Counted from the stretch's first letter, positions 1-19,347 are shown. The stretch: 64,000 bases of DNA from Eledone cirrhosa (GCA_964016885.1 OZ024749.1:19034001-19098000), one strand, 5' to 3'. A program made the numbers and translations. Notes: a model not told the origin generated them from the sequence alone.

Positions 1-20
1 ATATATGTATGTATATATAT

Positions 21-364
21 GAGGCACATGGCTTAGTGGTTAGAGCATTGGCCTTGCAATCGAAAGGTTGTGAGTTCAATTCTGAGACCGGGTGATGTGT
101 TGTTTCCTTGAGCAAGGCACTTTATTTCACATTGCTCCAGTTTACTCAGCTGTAGAAATGAGATGATAGGGACTGGGGTCCCTATCATTCCACTGCAAAG
201 TGGTCGTGGAGGTGCCACTGCAAAAAAGCACCCAGCACTCACTATAAATGAGGTTGGTGTTAGGAAGGGCATCCAGCTGTAGAAATCAAGCCAGAATCAG
301 TTCCCGTCCCACCCTTGCAAGCAGGGAAAAGTGGACGTAAAATGAAATGATGATGATGATGATG
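21..364 (+). mobile_element. tRNA-derived SINE family A (CORE-like body, RTE-derived tail)
   Basis: A box TGGCTTAGTGG, B box GAGTTCAATTC, CORE-like CCTTGAGCAAGGCACTT, tail ending GGACGTAAAATGAAAT(GAT)n; near-identical copies at 38597-38937 and 56938-57275. Confidence 0.85.
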
Positions 365-410
365 ATATTATATATATATATATATTATATATATTATATA
401 TATATGTATA

Positions 411-554
411 TATAGAGAAAATTGAGGTTGGTAATGGCTCATGGAATATATAAGAGACAGAATACTTTTTTGTGAGAAAACATGTTTTCTCACAAAAAAG
501 TATTCTGTCTCTTATATATTCCATGTGCCATTACCAACCTCAATTTTCTCTATA
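411..554. repeat. 144-bp near-perfect palindrome
   Basis: TATAGAGAAAATTGAGG...CCTCAATTTTCTCTATA centred on AAAACATGTTTT (482/483), one mismatch. Confidence 0.95.
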
Positions 555-608
555 ACCTTCGTTTTGTGTAGAAAATTACACTTTTCATATATGTATATAT
601 ATATATAT

Positions 609-645
<37 letters not shown>

Positions 646-771
646 GTATATATATATGTATATATATATATATATATATGTATATGGAAAGTTATATTTA
701 AATTGTTGGGTTACAACGAGTAAATATTTATAACTGATATAAAAGCACTCAACAAGTATTTGGAGTATATT

Positions 772-1140
772 TACGATATTAAATAAATGGAAATTATATT
801 TATTAAACCATATCTATTTCATTATATATATTTCAGGGATATCATATTAACAATATGTTATGCCTTCTTCAGACAAAATACAATATAGACAGTCTTATAA
901 ATAAATAGATTCGACATACCTTTCAACATCGACTTGCATTTGAAAAGTTGATTTGGCAAATCAACTTTTCAAATGCAAGTCGATGTTGAAAGGTATGTCG
1001 AATCTATTTATTTATAAGACTGTCTATATTGTATTTTGTCTGAAGAAGGCATAACATATTGTTAATATGATATCCCTGAAATATATATAATGAAATAGAT
1101 ATGGTTTTATAAATATAATTTCCATTTATTTAATATCGTA
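772..1140. repeat. 369-bp foldback palindrome carrying two opposed HHRs (Penelope-like/retrozyme fragment)
   Basis: Arms reverse-complementary about position 956; homologous to 55445-55672. Confidence 0.9.
1032..1097 (+). ncRNA. type I hammerhead ribozyme (mirror copy on - strand at ~815-880)
   Basis: TATTTTGT-CTGAAGA-AGG...CCT-GAAA-TATATA-TA-ATGAAATA; stem I 8 bp with two G.U pairs, palindromic stem III. Confidence 0.65.
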
Positions 1141-2965
<1,825 letters not shown>

Positions 2966-2981
2966 TTTATTTTATAGAAGG

Positions 2982-3032
2982 AGCTTCTACAGGACTAGTA
3001 CTGTTTCATTCAGATGAAATCTTCAGGAAGCT
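2982..3032 (-). ncRNA. type I hammerhead ribozyme
   Basis: Reverse complement of 5430-5480. Confidence 0.85.
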
Positions 3033-4265
3033 GGGTGTCATATTAAGTTCTGGTATTTATACATTTAGGTAGTGGCAAGGGAGGGTGGTGGATGGGGGGG
3101 GGGGTATTTAGATACACAGGACCACTGCATGGCACAGGCCGTTTTTTCTATGGGGAGTGGTCAATTAGCCAGAGTGCTTTTTTGAAATAAATAAATAAGT
3201 AAATAAATAAATAAATGAATATATAAATAGATAAATGAATAAATAAATAAAATAAATAAAGAAATAAATAAAAAATAAATAAATAAAGACCCCAAGAATA
3301 GTAATTCAACAGATATATAGTAGGGAAATTTTTTAGGTGGGTTGGTAATAGAAATTAAGCATTAAACAAAGGCCCCCTCCTCAACAAGATCTCGGAACAC
3401 TCCCCTAATTGCATGCACAAGAACTATGCAAATTACAAAAACTACAGACCCCCCCCCCGCCCCTCATATCACCACCCCACCCCAGCCCCCCTTCCCATTT
3501 CCGTCCCTCCATCTCTCATTATTACCCTCTTTCCTCCCCTCCATCTCTCATTATTACCTTCTTTCCTCCCCTCCAGGTCTGATATATTGTGTTGTATGCC
3601 TCTGAGTAAAGTTCCGTGGCCGCACACACAAATTCACGTATATACCTGCTCACGTTTGCATACGTGCAGTTATGAACTGCTGCACGCACACGTTCATGAT
3701 TTATTTATCTATTTAACTTGTATATTTATTTAGTTATTTATTTATTTATTTATTTATTTAGTTACTTTATTTACTTATTTATTTATTTATTTATCCATTT
3801 ATTTATTTACTTGTTTATTTATTTGTTTATTTACTGGTTTATTTGTTTGTTTGTTCGTTTGTTAGTTAACTCTTTCATTTATTTATTAATTTATTTATGA
3901 GTGAATGATTAGGTATTAGATATAGGATAAAAGATAGGTAACGAATAGTGAATGGTAAATAGTAGGTAATAAATAATAAATAGTAATTAATTACTTGATG
4001 ATACTATTAATAACTTAATAGTGACATTAATTATTTTAATCCTCTCTCAGGCCCAGTTTAAAATTTAAAATTTAAATTTTGTCCCACTACCTTCATATTA
4101 TACACACATGTATGAGTGCGAACGAGTGCGTGTTTTGTGCATATGCGTTTGTGTACTTATTTGTATGTATGCGTGTTTGCTTGTAAATGTGTATGCGTGT
4201 GTATGTATGTGCGTATATATATATGTGTGTGTGTGTATGTATATATGTATATGTGTATATGTGTG

Positions 4266-4313
<48 letters not shown>

Positions 4314-4641
4314 TATGTATATATATATGTATATGTATGGGTATATGTATGTATATGTATGTATATGTATATATATATGAGATTATATATCTGTGTGTGT
4401 GTATGTGTATATATGTATATTTATGTGTGAATGTATGTGTTTGTGTGTGTGTGTGTATGTATGTGTGTGCAAATGTATGTATGTGTATGTATAGTATAGT
4501 TTACATGAGAGAGACATACGTACTTGTAGGCGTGTATATATATGTATATATATATGTATATGTGTGTGTGTATGTATGCATATATATGTATATATGTGTG
4601 TATGTATGTGTATATATGTATGTGTATATGTGTATGCGCGC

Positions 4642-4697
<56 letters not shown>

Positions 4698-4829
4698 ATG
4701 TGTATGCGTGTGTGTGCGTATATTTGTGTTTGTGTTTTTCCTGTGTATATATGTATATATGTGTATGTATGTGTGTGCGTGTGTATATATATGTATGTGT
4801 GTGTGCGTGTGTATGTGTATGCGCACACA

Positions 4830-4878
<49 letters not shown>

Positions 4879-5429
4879 ATGTGTGTGTGAATGTGTAGGT
4901 GTGAGTACACACACACACATATGTATGTGTGTGTGTGTGTATATATATGTATGTGTGTGTGTAAGTGTTTTTGTATGTGGTTGTGAGTATGTAAATATAT
5001 TTTATTCTTTCCATTCTACTAAAACACTCTGGCCACCTGTGGCTTGTATGTTAACTTGACCACTCACCCCAGTCTGTGCCAGGATTCGGTCTTGTTTAAT
5101 GTTTAATTTCTATTACCAACCCACCTAAAAAATTTCCCTACTATATATCTGTTGAATTACTATTCTTGGGGTCTTTATTTATTTATTTTTTATTTATTTC
5201 TTTATTTATTTTATTTATTTATTCATTTATCTATTTATATATTCATTTATTTATTTATTTACTTATTTATTTATTTCAAAAAAGCACTCTGGCTAATTGA
5301 CCACTCCCCATAGAAAAAACGGCCTGTGCCATGCAGTGGTCCTGTGTATCTAAATACCCCCCCCCCCCATCCACCACCCTCCCTTGCCACTACCTAAATG
5401 TATAAATACCAGAACTTAATATGACACCC

Positions 5430-5480
5430 AGCTTCCTGAAGATTTCATCTGAATGAAACAGTACTAGTCCTGTAGAAGCT
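5430..5480 (+). ncRNA. type I hammerhead ribozyme
   Basis: AGCTTC-CTGAAGA-TTTCATCTGAAT-GAAA-CAG(TACTAGTC)CTG-TA-GAAGCT; all three stems pair. Confidence 0.85.
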
Positions 5481-5567
5481 CCTTCTATAAAATAAAAATT
5501 TTTTACTCTGCCATGTATTGAGTACCTTACTTACTGTGGTTATCCCCGACTCAACCCGGGACCTACG

Positions 5568-5602
<35 letters not shown>

Positions 5603-5956
5603 TCTATCCCCTCTGTTCCTTCCTCTTTTACTAATATAAATACTTCAATTTTTCTGATTTTATCCAGTTTATCCAAAATCTCTGAAGAAGTGACAACTGA
5701 TTATACATTTGCTATCGAATACTTGCTAACATTATATGATTACGCAAGCAGCGATACATAGGTATTCGGTCTGTTACAGAAACATATGTCAATACCTAAT
5801 AAATTCCTTTTTTAACAAAAGCACTTTCATTTTATATTCATCCTTTCTACATTTCTCCGGAATATAATTTATACTCGTTGAGCAAACCTGCACGTACGCT
5901 GTTCATCTCTAACGTAACGATATATTATCACTACATTATTGATAACCTGAAATTTT

Positions 5957-7510
<1,554 letters not shown>

Positions 7511-10500
7511 ATTGGAATAAATGCTCTGAAATAGCGATATATATGTGAATATAGACATAGAATATTCGAAAATATTCTGTATGTTTATAATAAACATTTT
7601 GAAGACCTAATCGCTATAGAATAGAATACGTCACGTATTACAATTAGATTCTCGATAAAAGCAAGGGAAGTAATCTACGCGTTTCATTCTTGTTAGAAAT
7701 CATCAGGACTACATATCCAGTGCTTTTATCGAGAATGACACAGCTAGAGACTTATAGAATACTTAGCTGTGTACAGGAACTGGTTTGAAAGAGCGGTTGC
7801 CGGTCCGGCAGAAATTAGAAATTGGAATAAATGCTCTGAAATAGCGATATATATGTGAATATAGACATAGAATATTCGAAAATATTCTGTATGTTTATAA
7901 TAAACATTTTGAAGACCTAATCGCTATAGAATAGAATACGTCACGTATTACAATTAGATTCTCGATAAAAGCAAGGGAAGTAATCTACGCATTTCATTCT
8001 TGTTAGAAATCATCAGGACTACATATCCAGTGCTTTTATCGAGACTGACACAGCTAGAGACTTATAGAATACTTAGCTGTGTACAGGAACTGGTTTGAAA
8101 GAGCGGTTGCCGGTCCGGCAGAAATTAGAAATTGGAATAAATGCTCTGAAATAGCGATATATATGTGAATATAGACATAGAATATTCGAAAATATTCTGT
8201 ATGTTTATAATAAACATTTTGAAGACCTAATCGCTATAGAATAGAATACGTCACGTATTACAATTAGATTCTCGATAAAAGCAAGGGAAGTAATCTACGC
8301 GTTTCATTCTTGTTAGAAATCATCAGGACTACATATCCAGTGCTTTTATCGAGAATGACACAGCTAGAGACTTATAGAATACTTAGCTGTGTACAGGAAC
8401 TGGTTTGAAAGAGCGGTTGCCGGTCCGGCAGAAATTAGAAATTGGAATAAATGCTCTGAAATAGCGATATATATGTGAATATAGACATAGAATATTCGAA
8501 AATATTCTGTATGTTTATAATAAACATTTTGAAGACCTAATCGCTATAGAATAGAATACGTCACGTATTACAATTAGATTCTCGATAAAAGCAAGGGAAG
8601 TAATCTACGCGTTTCATTCTTGTTAGAAATCATCAGGACTACATATCCAGTGCTTTTATCGAGAATGACACAGCTAGAGACTTATAGAATACTTAGCTGT
8701 GTACAGGAACTGGTTTGAAAGAGCGGTTGCCGGTCCGGCAGAAATTAGAAATTGGAATAAATGCTCTGAAATAGCGATATATATGTGAATATAGACATAG
8801 AATATTCGAAAATATTCTGTATGTTTATAATAAACATTTTGAAGACCTAATCGCTATAGAATAGAATACGTCACGTATTACAATTAGATTCTCGATAAAA
8901 GCAAGGGAAGTAATCTACGCGTTTCATTCTTGTTAGAAATCATCAGGACTACATATCCAGTGCTTTTATCGAGAATGACACAGCTAGAGACTTATAGAAT
9001 ACTTAGCTGTGTACAGGAACTGGTTTGAAAGAGCGGTTGCCGGTCCGGCAGAAATTAGAAATTGGAATAAATGCTCTGAAATAGCGATATATATGTGAAT
9101 ATAGACATAGAATATTCGAAAATATTCTGTATGTTTATAATAAACATTTTGAAGACCTAATCGCTATAGAATAGAATACGTCACGTATTACAATTAGATT
9201 CTCGATAAAAGCAAGGGAAGTAATCTACGCGTTTCATTCTTGTTAGAAATCATCAGGACTACATATCCAGTGCTTTTATCGAGAATGACACAGCTAGAGA
9301 CTTATAGAATACTTAGCTGTGTACAGGAACTGGTTTGAAAGAGCGGTTGCCGGTCCGGCAGAAATTAGAAATTGGAATAAATGCTCTGAAATAGCGATAT
9401 ATATGTGAATATAGACATAGAATATTCGAAAATATTCTGTATGTTTATAATAAACATTTTGAAGACCTAATCGCTATAGAATAGAATACGTCACGTATTA
9501 CAATTAGATTCTCGATAAAAGCAAGGGAAGTAATCTACGCGTTTCATTCTTGTTAGAAATCATCAGGACTACATATCCAGTGCTTTTATCGAGAATGACA
9601 CAGCTAGAGACTTATAGAATACTTAGCTGTGTACAGGAACTGGTTTGAAAGAGCGGTTGCCGGTCCGGCAGAAATTAGAAATTGGAATAAATGCTCTGAA
9701 ATAGCGATATATATGTGAATATAGACATAGAATATTCGAAAATATTCTGTATGTTTATAATAAACATTTTGAAGACCTAATCGCTATAGAATAGAATACG
9801 TCACGTATTACAATTAGATTCTCGATAAAAGCAAGGGAAGTAATCTACGCGTTTCATTCTTGTTAGAAATCATCAGGACTACATATCCAGTGCTTTTATC
9901 GAGAATGACACAGCTAGAGACTTATAGAATACTTAGCTGTGTACAGGAACTGGTTTGAAAGAGCGGTTGCCGGTCCGGCAGAAATTAGAAATTGGAATAA
10001 ATGCTCTGAAATAGCGATATATATGTGAATATAGACATAGAATATTCGAAAATATTCTGTATGTTTATAATAAACATTTTGAAGACCTAATCGCTATAGA
10101 ATAGAATACGTCACGTATTACAATTAGATTCTCGATAAAAGCAAGGGAAGTAATCTACGCGTTTCATTCTTGTTAGAAATCATCAGGACTACATATCCAG
10201 TGCTTTTATCGAGAATGACACAGCTAGAGACTTATAGAATACTTAGCTGTGTACAGGAACTGGTTTGAAAGAGCGGTTGCCGGTCCGGCAGAAATTAGAA
10301 ATTGGAATAAATTCTCTGAAATAGCGATATATATGTGAATATAGACATAGAATATTCGAAAATATTCTGTATGTTTATAATAAACATTTTGAAGACCTAA
10401 TCGCTATAGAATAGAATACGTCACGTATTACAATTAGATTCTCGATAAAAGCAAGGGAAGTAATCTACGCGTTTCATTCTTGTTAGAAATCATCAGGACT

Positions 10501-12000
10501 ACATATCCAGTGCTTTTATCGAGAATGACACAGCTAGAGACTTATAGAATACTTAGCTGTGTACAGGAACTGGTTTGAAAGAGCGGTTGCCGGTCCGGCA
10601 GAAATTAGAAATTGGAATAAATGCTCTGAAATAGCGATATATATGTGAATATAGACATAGAATATTCGAAAATATTCTGTATGTTTATAATAAACATTTT
10701 GAAGACCTAATCGCTATAGAATAGAATACGTCACGTATTACAATTAGATTCTCGATAAAAGCAAGGGAAGTAATCTACGCGTTTCATTCTTGTTAGAAAT
10801 CATCAGGACTACATATCCAGTGCTTTTATCGAGAATGACACAGCTAGAGACTTATAGAATACTTAGCTGTGTACAGGAACTGGTTTGAAAGAGCGGTTGC
10901 CGGTCCGGCAGAAATTAGAAATTGGAATAAATGCTCTGAAATAGCGATATATATGTGAATATAGACATAGAATATTCGAAAATATTCTGTATGTTTATAA
11001 TAAACATTTTGAAGACCTAATCGCTATAGAATAGAATACGTCACGTATTACAATTAGATTCTCGATAAAAGCAAGGGAAGTAATCTACGCGTTTCATTCT
11101 TGTTAGAAATCATCAGGACTACATATCCAGTGCTTTTATCGAGAATGACACAGCTAGAGACTTATAGAATACTTAGCTGTGTACAGGAACTGGTTTGAAA
11201 GAGCGGTTGCCGGTCCGGCAGAAATTAGAAATTGGAATAAATGCTCTGAAATAGCGATATATATGTGAATATAGACATAGAATATTCGAAAATATTCTGT
11301 ATGTTTATAATAAACATTTTGAAGACCTAATCGCTATAGAATAGAATACGTCACGTATTACAATTAGATTCTCGATAAAAGCAAGGGAAGTAATCTACGC
11401 GTTTCATTCTTGTTAGAAATCATCAGGACTACATATCCAGTGCTTTTATCGAGAATGACACAGCTAGAGACTTATAGAATACTTAGCTGTGTACAGGAAC
11501 TGGTTTGAAAGAGCGGTTGCCGGTCCGGCAGAAATTAGAAATTGGAATAAATGCTCTGAAATAGCGATATATATGTGAATATAGACATAGAATATTCGAA
11601 AATATTCTGTATGTTTATAATAAACATTTTGAAGACCTAATCGCTATAGAATAGAATACGTCACGTATTACAATTAGATTCTCGATAAAAGCAAGGGAAG
11701 TAATCTACGCGTTTCATTCTTGTTAGAAATCATCAGGACTACATATCCAGTGCTTTTATCGAGAATGACACAGCTAGAGACTTATAGAATACTTAGCTGT
11801 GTACAGGAACTGGTTTGAAAGAGCGGTTGCCGGTCCGGCAGAAATTAGAAATTGGAATAAATGCTCTGAAATAGCGATAAATATGTGAATATAGACATAG
11901 AATATTCGAAAATATTCTGTATGTTTATAATAAACATTTTGAAGACCTAATCGCTATAGAATAGAATACGTCACGTATTACAATTAGATTCTCGATAAAA
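7511..12000 (-). mobile_element. tandem array of 310-bp HHR-containing units (retrozyme-like), ~14.5 copies
   Basis: ATTGGAATAAATGCTC recurs at 7511, 7821, 8131 ... 11851; only isolated substitutions; 14 complete HHRs on the - strand. Confidence 0.9.
7670..7712 (-). ncRNA. minimal type I hammerhead ribozyme (first of 19 copies)
   Basis: GTAGTC-CTGATGA-TTTCTAACAAGAAT-GAAA-CGCG-TA-GATTAC, enclosed by a perfect 16-bp IR ATTCTCGATAAAAGCA/TGCTTTTATCGAGAAT (7648-7736). Confidence 0.9.
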
Positions 12001-13503
12001 CGGACCGGCAACCGCTCTTTCAAACCAGTTCCTGTACACAGCTAAGTATTCTATAAGTCTCTAGCTGTGTCATTCTCGATAAAAGCACTGGATATGTAGT
12101 CCTGATGATTTCTAACAAGAATGAAACGCGTAGATTACTTCCCTTGCTTTTATCGAGAATCTAATTGTAATACGTGACGTATTCTATTCTATAGCGATTA
12201 GGTCTTCAAAATGTTTATTATAAACATACAGAATATTTTCGAATATTCTATGTCTATATTCACATATATATCGCTATTTCAGAGCATTTATTCCAATTTC
12301 TAATTTCTGCCGGACCGGCAACCGCTCTTTCAAACCAGTTCCTGTACACAGCTAAGTATTCTATAAGTCTCTAGCTGTGTCATTCTCGATAAAAGCACTG
12401 GATATGTAGTCCTGATGATTTCTAACAAGAATGAAACGCGTAGATTACTTCCCTTGCTTTTATCGAGAATCTAATTGTAATACGTGACGTATTCTATTCT
12501 ATAGCGATTAGGTCTTCAAAATGTTTATTATAAACATACAGAATATTTTCGAATATTCTATGTCTATATTCACATATATATCGCTATTTCAGAGCATTTA
12601 TTCCAATTTCTAATTTCTGCCGGACCGGCAACCGCTCTTTCAAACCAGTTCCTGTACACAGCTAAGTATTCTATAAGTCTCTAGCTGTGTCATTCTCGAT
12701 AAAAGCACTGGATATGTAGTCCTGATGATTTCTAACAAGAATGAAACGCGTAGATTACTTCCCTTGCTTTTATCGAGAATCTAATTGTAATACGTGACGT
12801 ATTCTATTCTATAGCGATTAGGTCTTCAAAATGTTTATTATAAACATACAGAATATTTTCGAATATTCTATGTCTATATTCACATATATATCGCTATTTC
12901 AGAGCATTTATTCCAATTTCTAATTTCTGCCGGACCGGCAACCGCTCTTTCAAACCAGTTCCTGTACACAGCTATGTATTCTATAAGTCTCTAGCTGTAT
13001 CATTCTCGATAAAAGCACTGGATATGTAGTCCTGATGATTTCTAACAAGAATGAAACGCGTAGATTACTTCCCTTGCTTTTATCGAGAATCTAATTGTAA
13101 TACGTGACGTATTCTATTCTATAGCGATTAGGTCTTCAAAATGTTTATTATAAACATACAGAATATTTTCGAATATTCTATGTCTATATTCACATATATA
13201 TCGCTATTTCAGAGCATTTATTCCAATTTCTAATTTCTGCCGGACCGGCAACCGCTCTTTCAAACCAGTTCCTGTACACAGCTAAGTATTCTATAAGTCT
13301 CTAGCTGTGTCATTCTCGATAAAAGCACTGGATATGTAGTCCTGATGATTTCTAACAAGAATGAAACGCGTAGATTACTTCCCTTGCTTTTATCGAGAAT
13401 CTAATTGTAATACGTGACGTATTCTATTCTATAGCGATTAGGTCTTCAAAATGTTTATTATAAACATACAGAATATTTTCGAATATTCTATGTCTATATT
13501 CAT
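12001..13503 (+). mobile_element. inverted block of the same 310-bp array, ~4.8 copies
   Basis: Reverse complement of the unit; HHRs on + at 12096, 12406, 12716, 13026, 13336. Confidence 0.9.
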
Positions 13504-16750
<3,247 letters not shown>

Positions 16751-18260
16751 TCATCATCATCATCATCATCATCATTTTACGTCCGCTTTTCCCTGCTAGC
16801 AAGGGTGGGACGGGTCTTATTCAGCACAGCATCTCTCCAATCGTCACGGTCCCTCGTCATCTCCACCGTGAGCTTCAATGATCTGAGGTCTGTTCTCACC
16901 ACCTCCGCCCATGTTTTTCGTGGTCTACCTCTACCACGTCTTCCTTCAACTGGCACTTCTTCACCCATCGGTCATCCTCCATGCGCATCACATGTCCATA
17001 CCACCTCAGTCTCCTCTCCCGTACACTACATTCTATCCCTCTCAGACACAGTTTCTCTCTCAACACATTTATGCTGGTCGTTCACGCACATTTACACTGC
17101 ACATCCAACGGAGCATGCTTGCCTCATTTCTCTCCAGCCGTCGCATATCTTCTGCGGGAGCTGCCCATGTCTCACTACCATGCAGCATCGCGCTCCTCAC
17201 ACAGGCATCATACAACCGGCCTTTCGTACGCAGGGAGAAACCCTTCTTTGTCAACAGAGGAAGCAGCTCCCTAAACTTCTTCCAACCCGTCCTTATTCTA
17301 GATACTATGGCCTCGGAACACCCTCCTCCCATGCTAATCTGATCTCCTAGGTACCGGAAGCTATCCACCACTTCTATAGCGCCCTCTCGCATTTGAAAAA
17401 TGTGTCTATCAGTGCGACTTCTACTGTCTAATTTCCCTGTACATCTACTGCATACATATTTCTCCCTACCTGTTAGTTTGCCTGCTATCCCGCTACATCT
17501 CTTGTGTACCCAGGACCTACATTGTGTGCATTTTATAGAATTTATGCCAGTTCCTTTTCTGCATATCGAACATGGCCATTTCCCTGACGGAATCAGGGTT
17601 TTGTCCTCTTTTCTACTCATCAACACTTTTGTCTTAGCTAGATTTACTCTCAGTCCTCTTGCTTCCAACTGCTGTTTCCATAGCCGGAATTTATTCTCTA
17701 GCTCCTCTACTGATTCTGCCATAAGAGCCAGATCGTCAGCATAGAGAAGTTCCCATGGACAGCCAGTCTTAAAATCCTCTGTTATGGCTTGGAGGACTAT
17801 AATGAACAAGAGCGGGCTGAGGACCGAACCCTGATGTACTCCTACTTGTATCTGGAATTCCTCACTAAACTCCATTCCTACCCTGACTTTACTGAGAGTA
17901 CCTCTGTACAAAGTTTGCACTGTCCTTACAAGCCATTCCTCAACACCCAGCTTCCTTAGGGACCACCAGATGACAGATCGGGGTACCTTATCAAAGGCCT
18001 TCTCTAGGTCAACAAAGGCTAAGTATAGTGGCTTATTCTTCTCTAAGAACCTCTCTTGCATTTGTCTCACCAAGAAGAGGGCATCTGTTGTACTCTTCCC
18101 AGGCACAAAACCAAACTGCATCTCATCTAGTTTGACCCTTTCTCTAATTAGTTGTGCTAAAATCCTTTCTGCCACTTTCATAACCTGATCTATCAGTTTT
18201 ATACCCCTATAATTGCTCCTCTCCAAAGCATCCCCTTTACCTTTGAAGCAATTTATGAGA
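16751..18260 (-). mobile_element. 5'-truncated RTE-clade LINE (RT domain to 3' end), disrupted near its C-terminus
   Basis: Motifs [61 protein letters not shown]; frameshift near 17069; (ATG)n tail. Confidence 0.93.
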
Positions 18261-18414
18261 ATATATATATATATATTATATATATATATTATATATATAT
18301 ATATAATATAAGTATATATATATATTATATATATTATATATATATATGTATATATATTATATATATATATATATATGTATGTATATATATATATTATATA
18401 TATATGTATGTATG

Positions 18415-18448
<34 letters not shown>

Positions 18449-18449
18449 T

Positions 18450-18490
<41 letters not shown>

Positions 18491-18497
18491 GTATATA

Positions 18498-18535
<38 letters not shown>

Positions 18536-18548
18536 GTATATATATATG

Positions 18549-18593
<45 letters not shown>

Positions 18594-18599
18594 TATATG

Positions 18600-18635
<36 letters not shown>

Positions 18636-18661
18636 ATATATATGTATATATATATATAATA

Positions 18662-18698
<37 letters not shown>

Positions 18699-18990
18699 AT
18701 ATATATAATATATATGTATATATATATATATATTATATAATATATATAATATATATGTGTATATATATATGTATATATATATGTATATATATAATATATA
18801 TAATATATATGTATATATATATATATATATATATTGTATAATATATATAATATATATGTATATATATATATATATATTATATATATATATGTATATATAT
18901 TATATATATATGTATATATATTATATATATACATATATATAATATATATACATATATTATATATATGTATATATATATATTATATATATG

Positions 18991-19021
<31 letters not shown>

Positions 19022-19031
19022 TATATATATG

Positions 19032-19062
<31 letters not shown>

Positions 19063-19098
19063 TATATATATATATTATATATATATATTATATATATG

Positions 19099-19129
<31 letters not shown>

Positions 19130-19347
19130 TATATATATATATTATATATATGTATATATATATATATTATATATATATATGTATATATATATATATTATA
19201 TATATATATTATATATATGTATATATATATATATTATATATATATATGTATATATATATATGTATATATATATATGTATATATATATATATGTATATATA
19301 TTATATATACACATATATATAATATATATACATATATTATATATATG

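Larger units (their letters stand above)
2963..5499. mobile_element. element with ~405-bp inverted arms (2963-3369 / 5092-5499), each with an HHR; Penelope-like pLTR architecture
   Basis: Arms near-identical in reverse complement; spacer holds (TTTA)n and (TG/TA)n tracts; the right arm continues to ~5570 in sequence homologous to 37106-37180. Confidence 0.75.

Noticed and set aside
21-95. tRNA gene
   Set aside because: A and B boxes are present, but it continues into a SINE body and tail and no complete cloverleaf is evident
33-272. 79-aa ORF repeated at 38687 and 56950
   Set aside because: Antisense reading of the SINE A sequence
7511-13503. CRISPR-like array
   Set aside because: Units are identical over their whole length; no unique spacers and no cas genes
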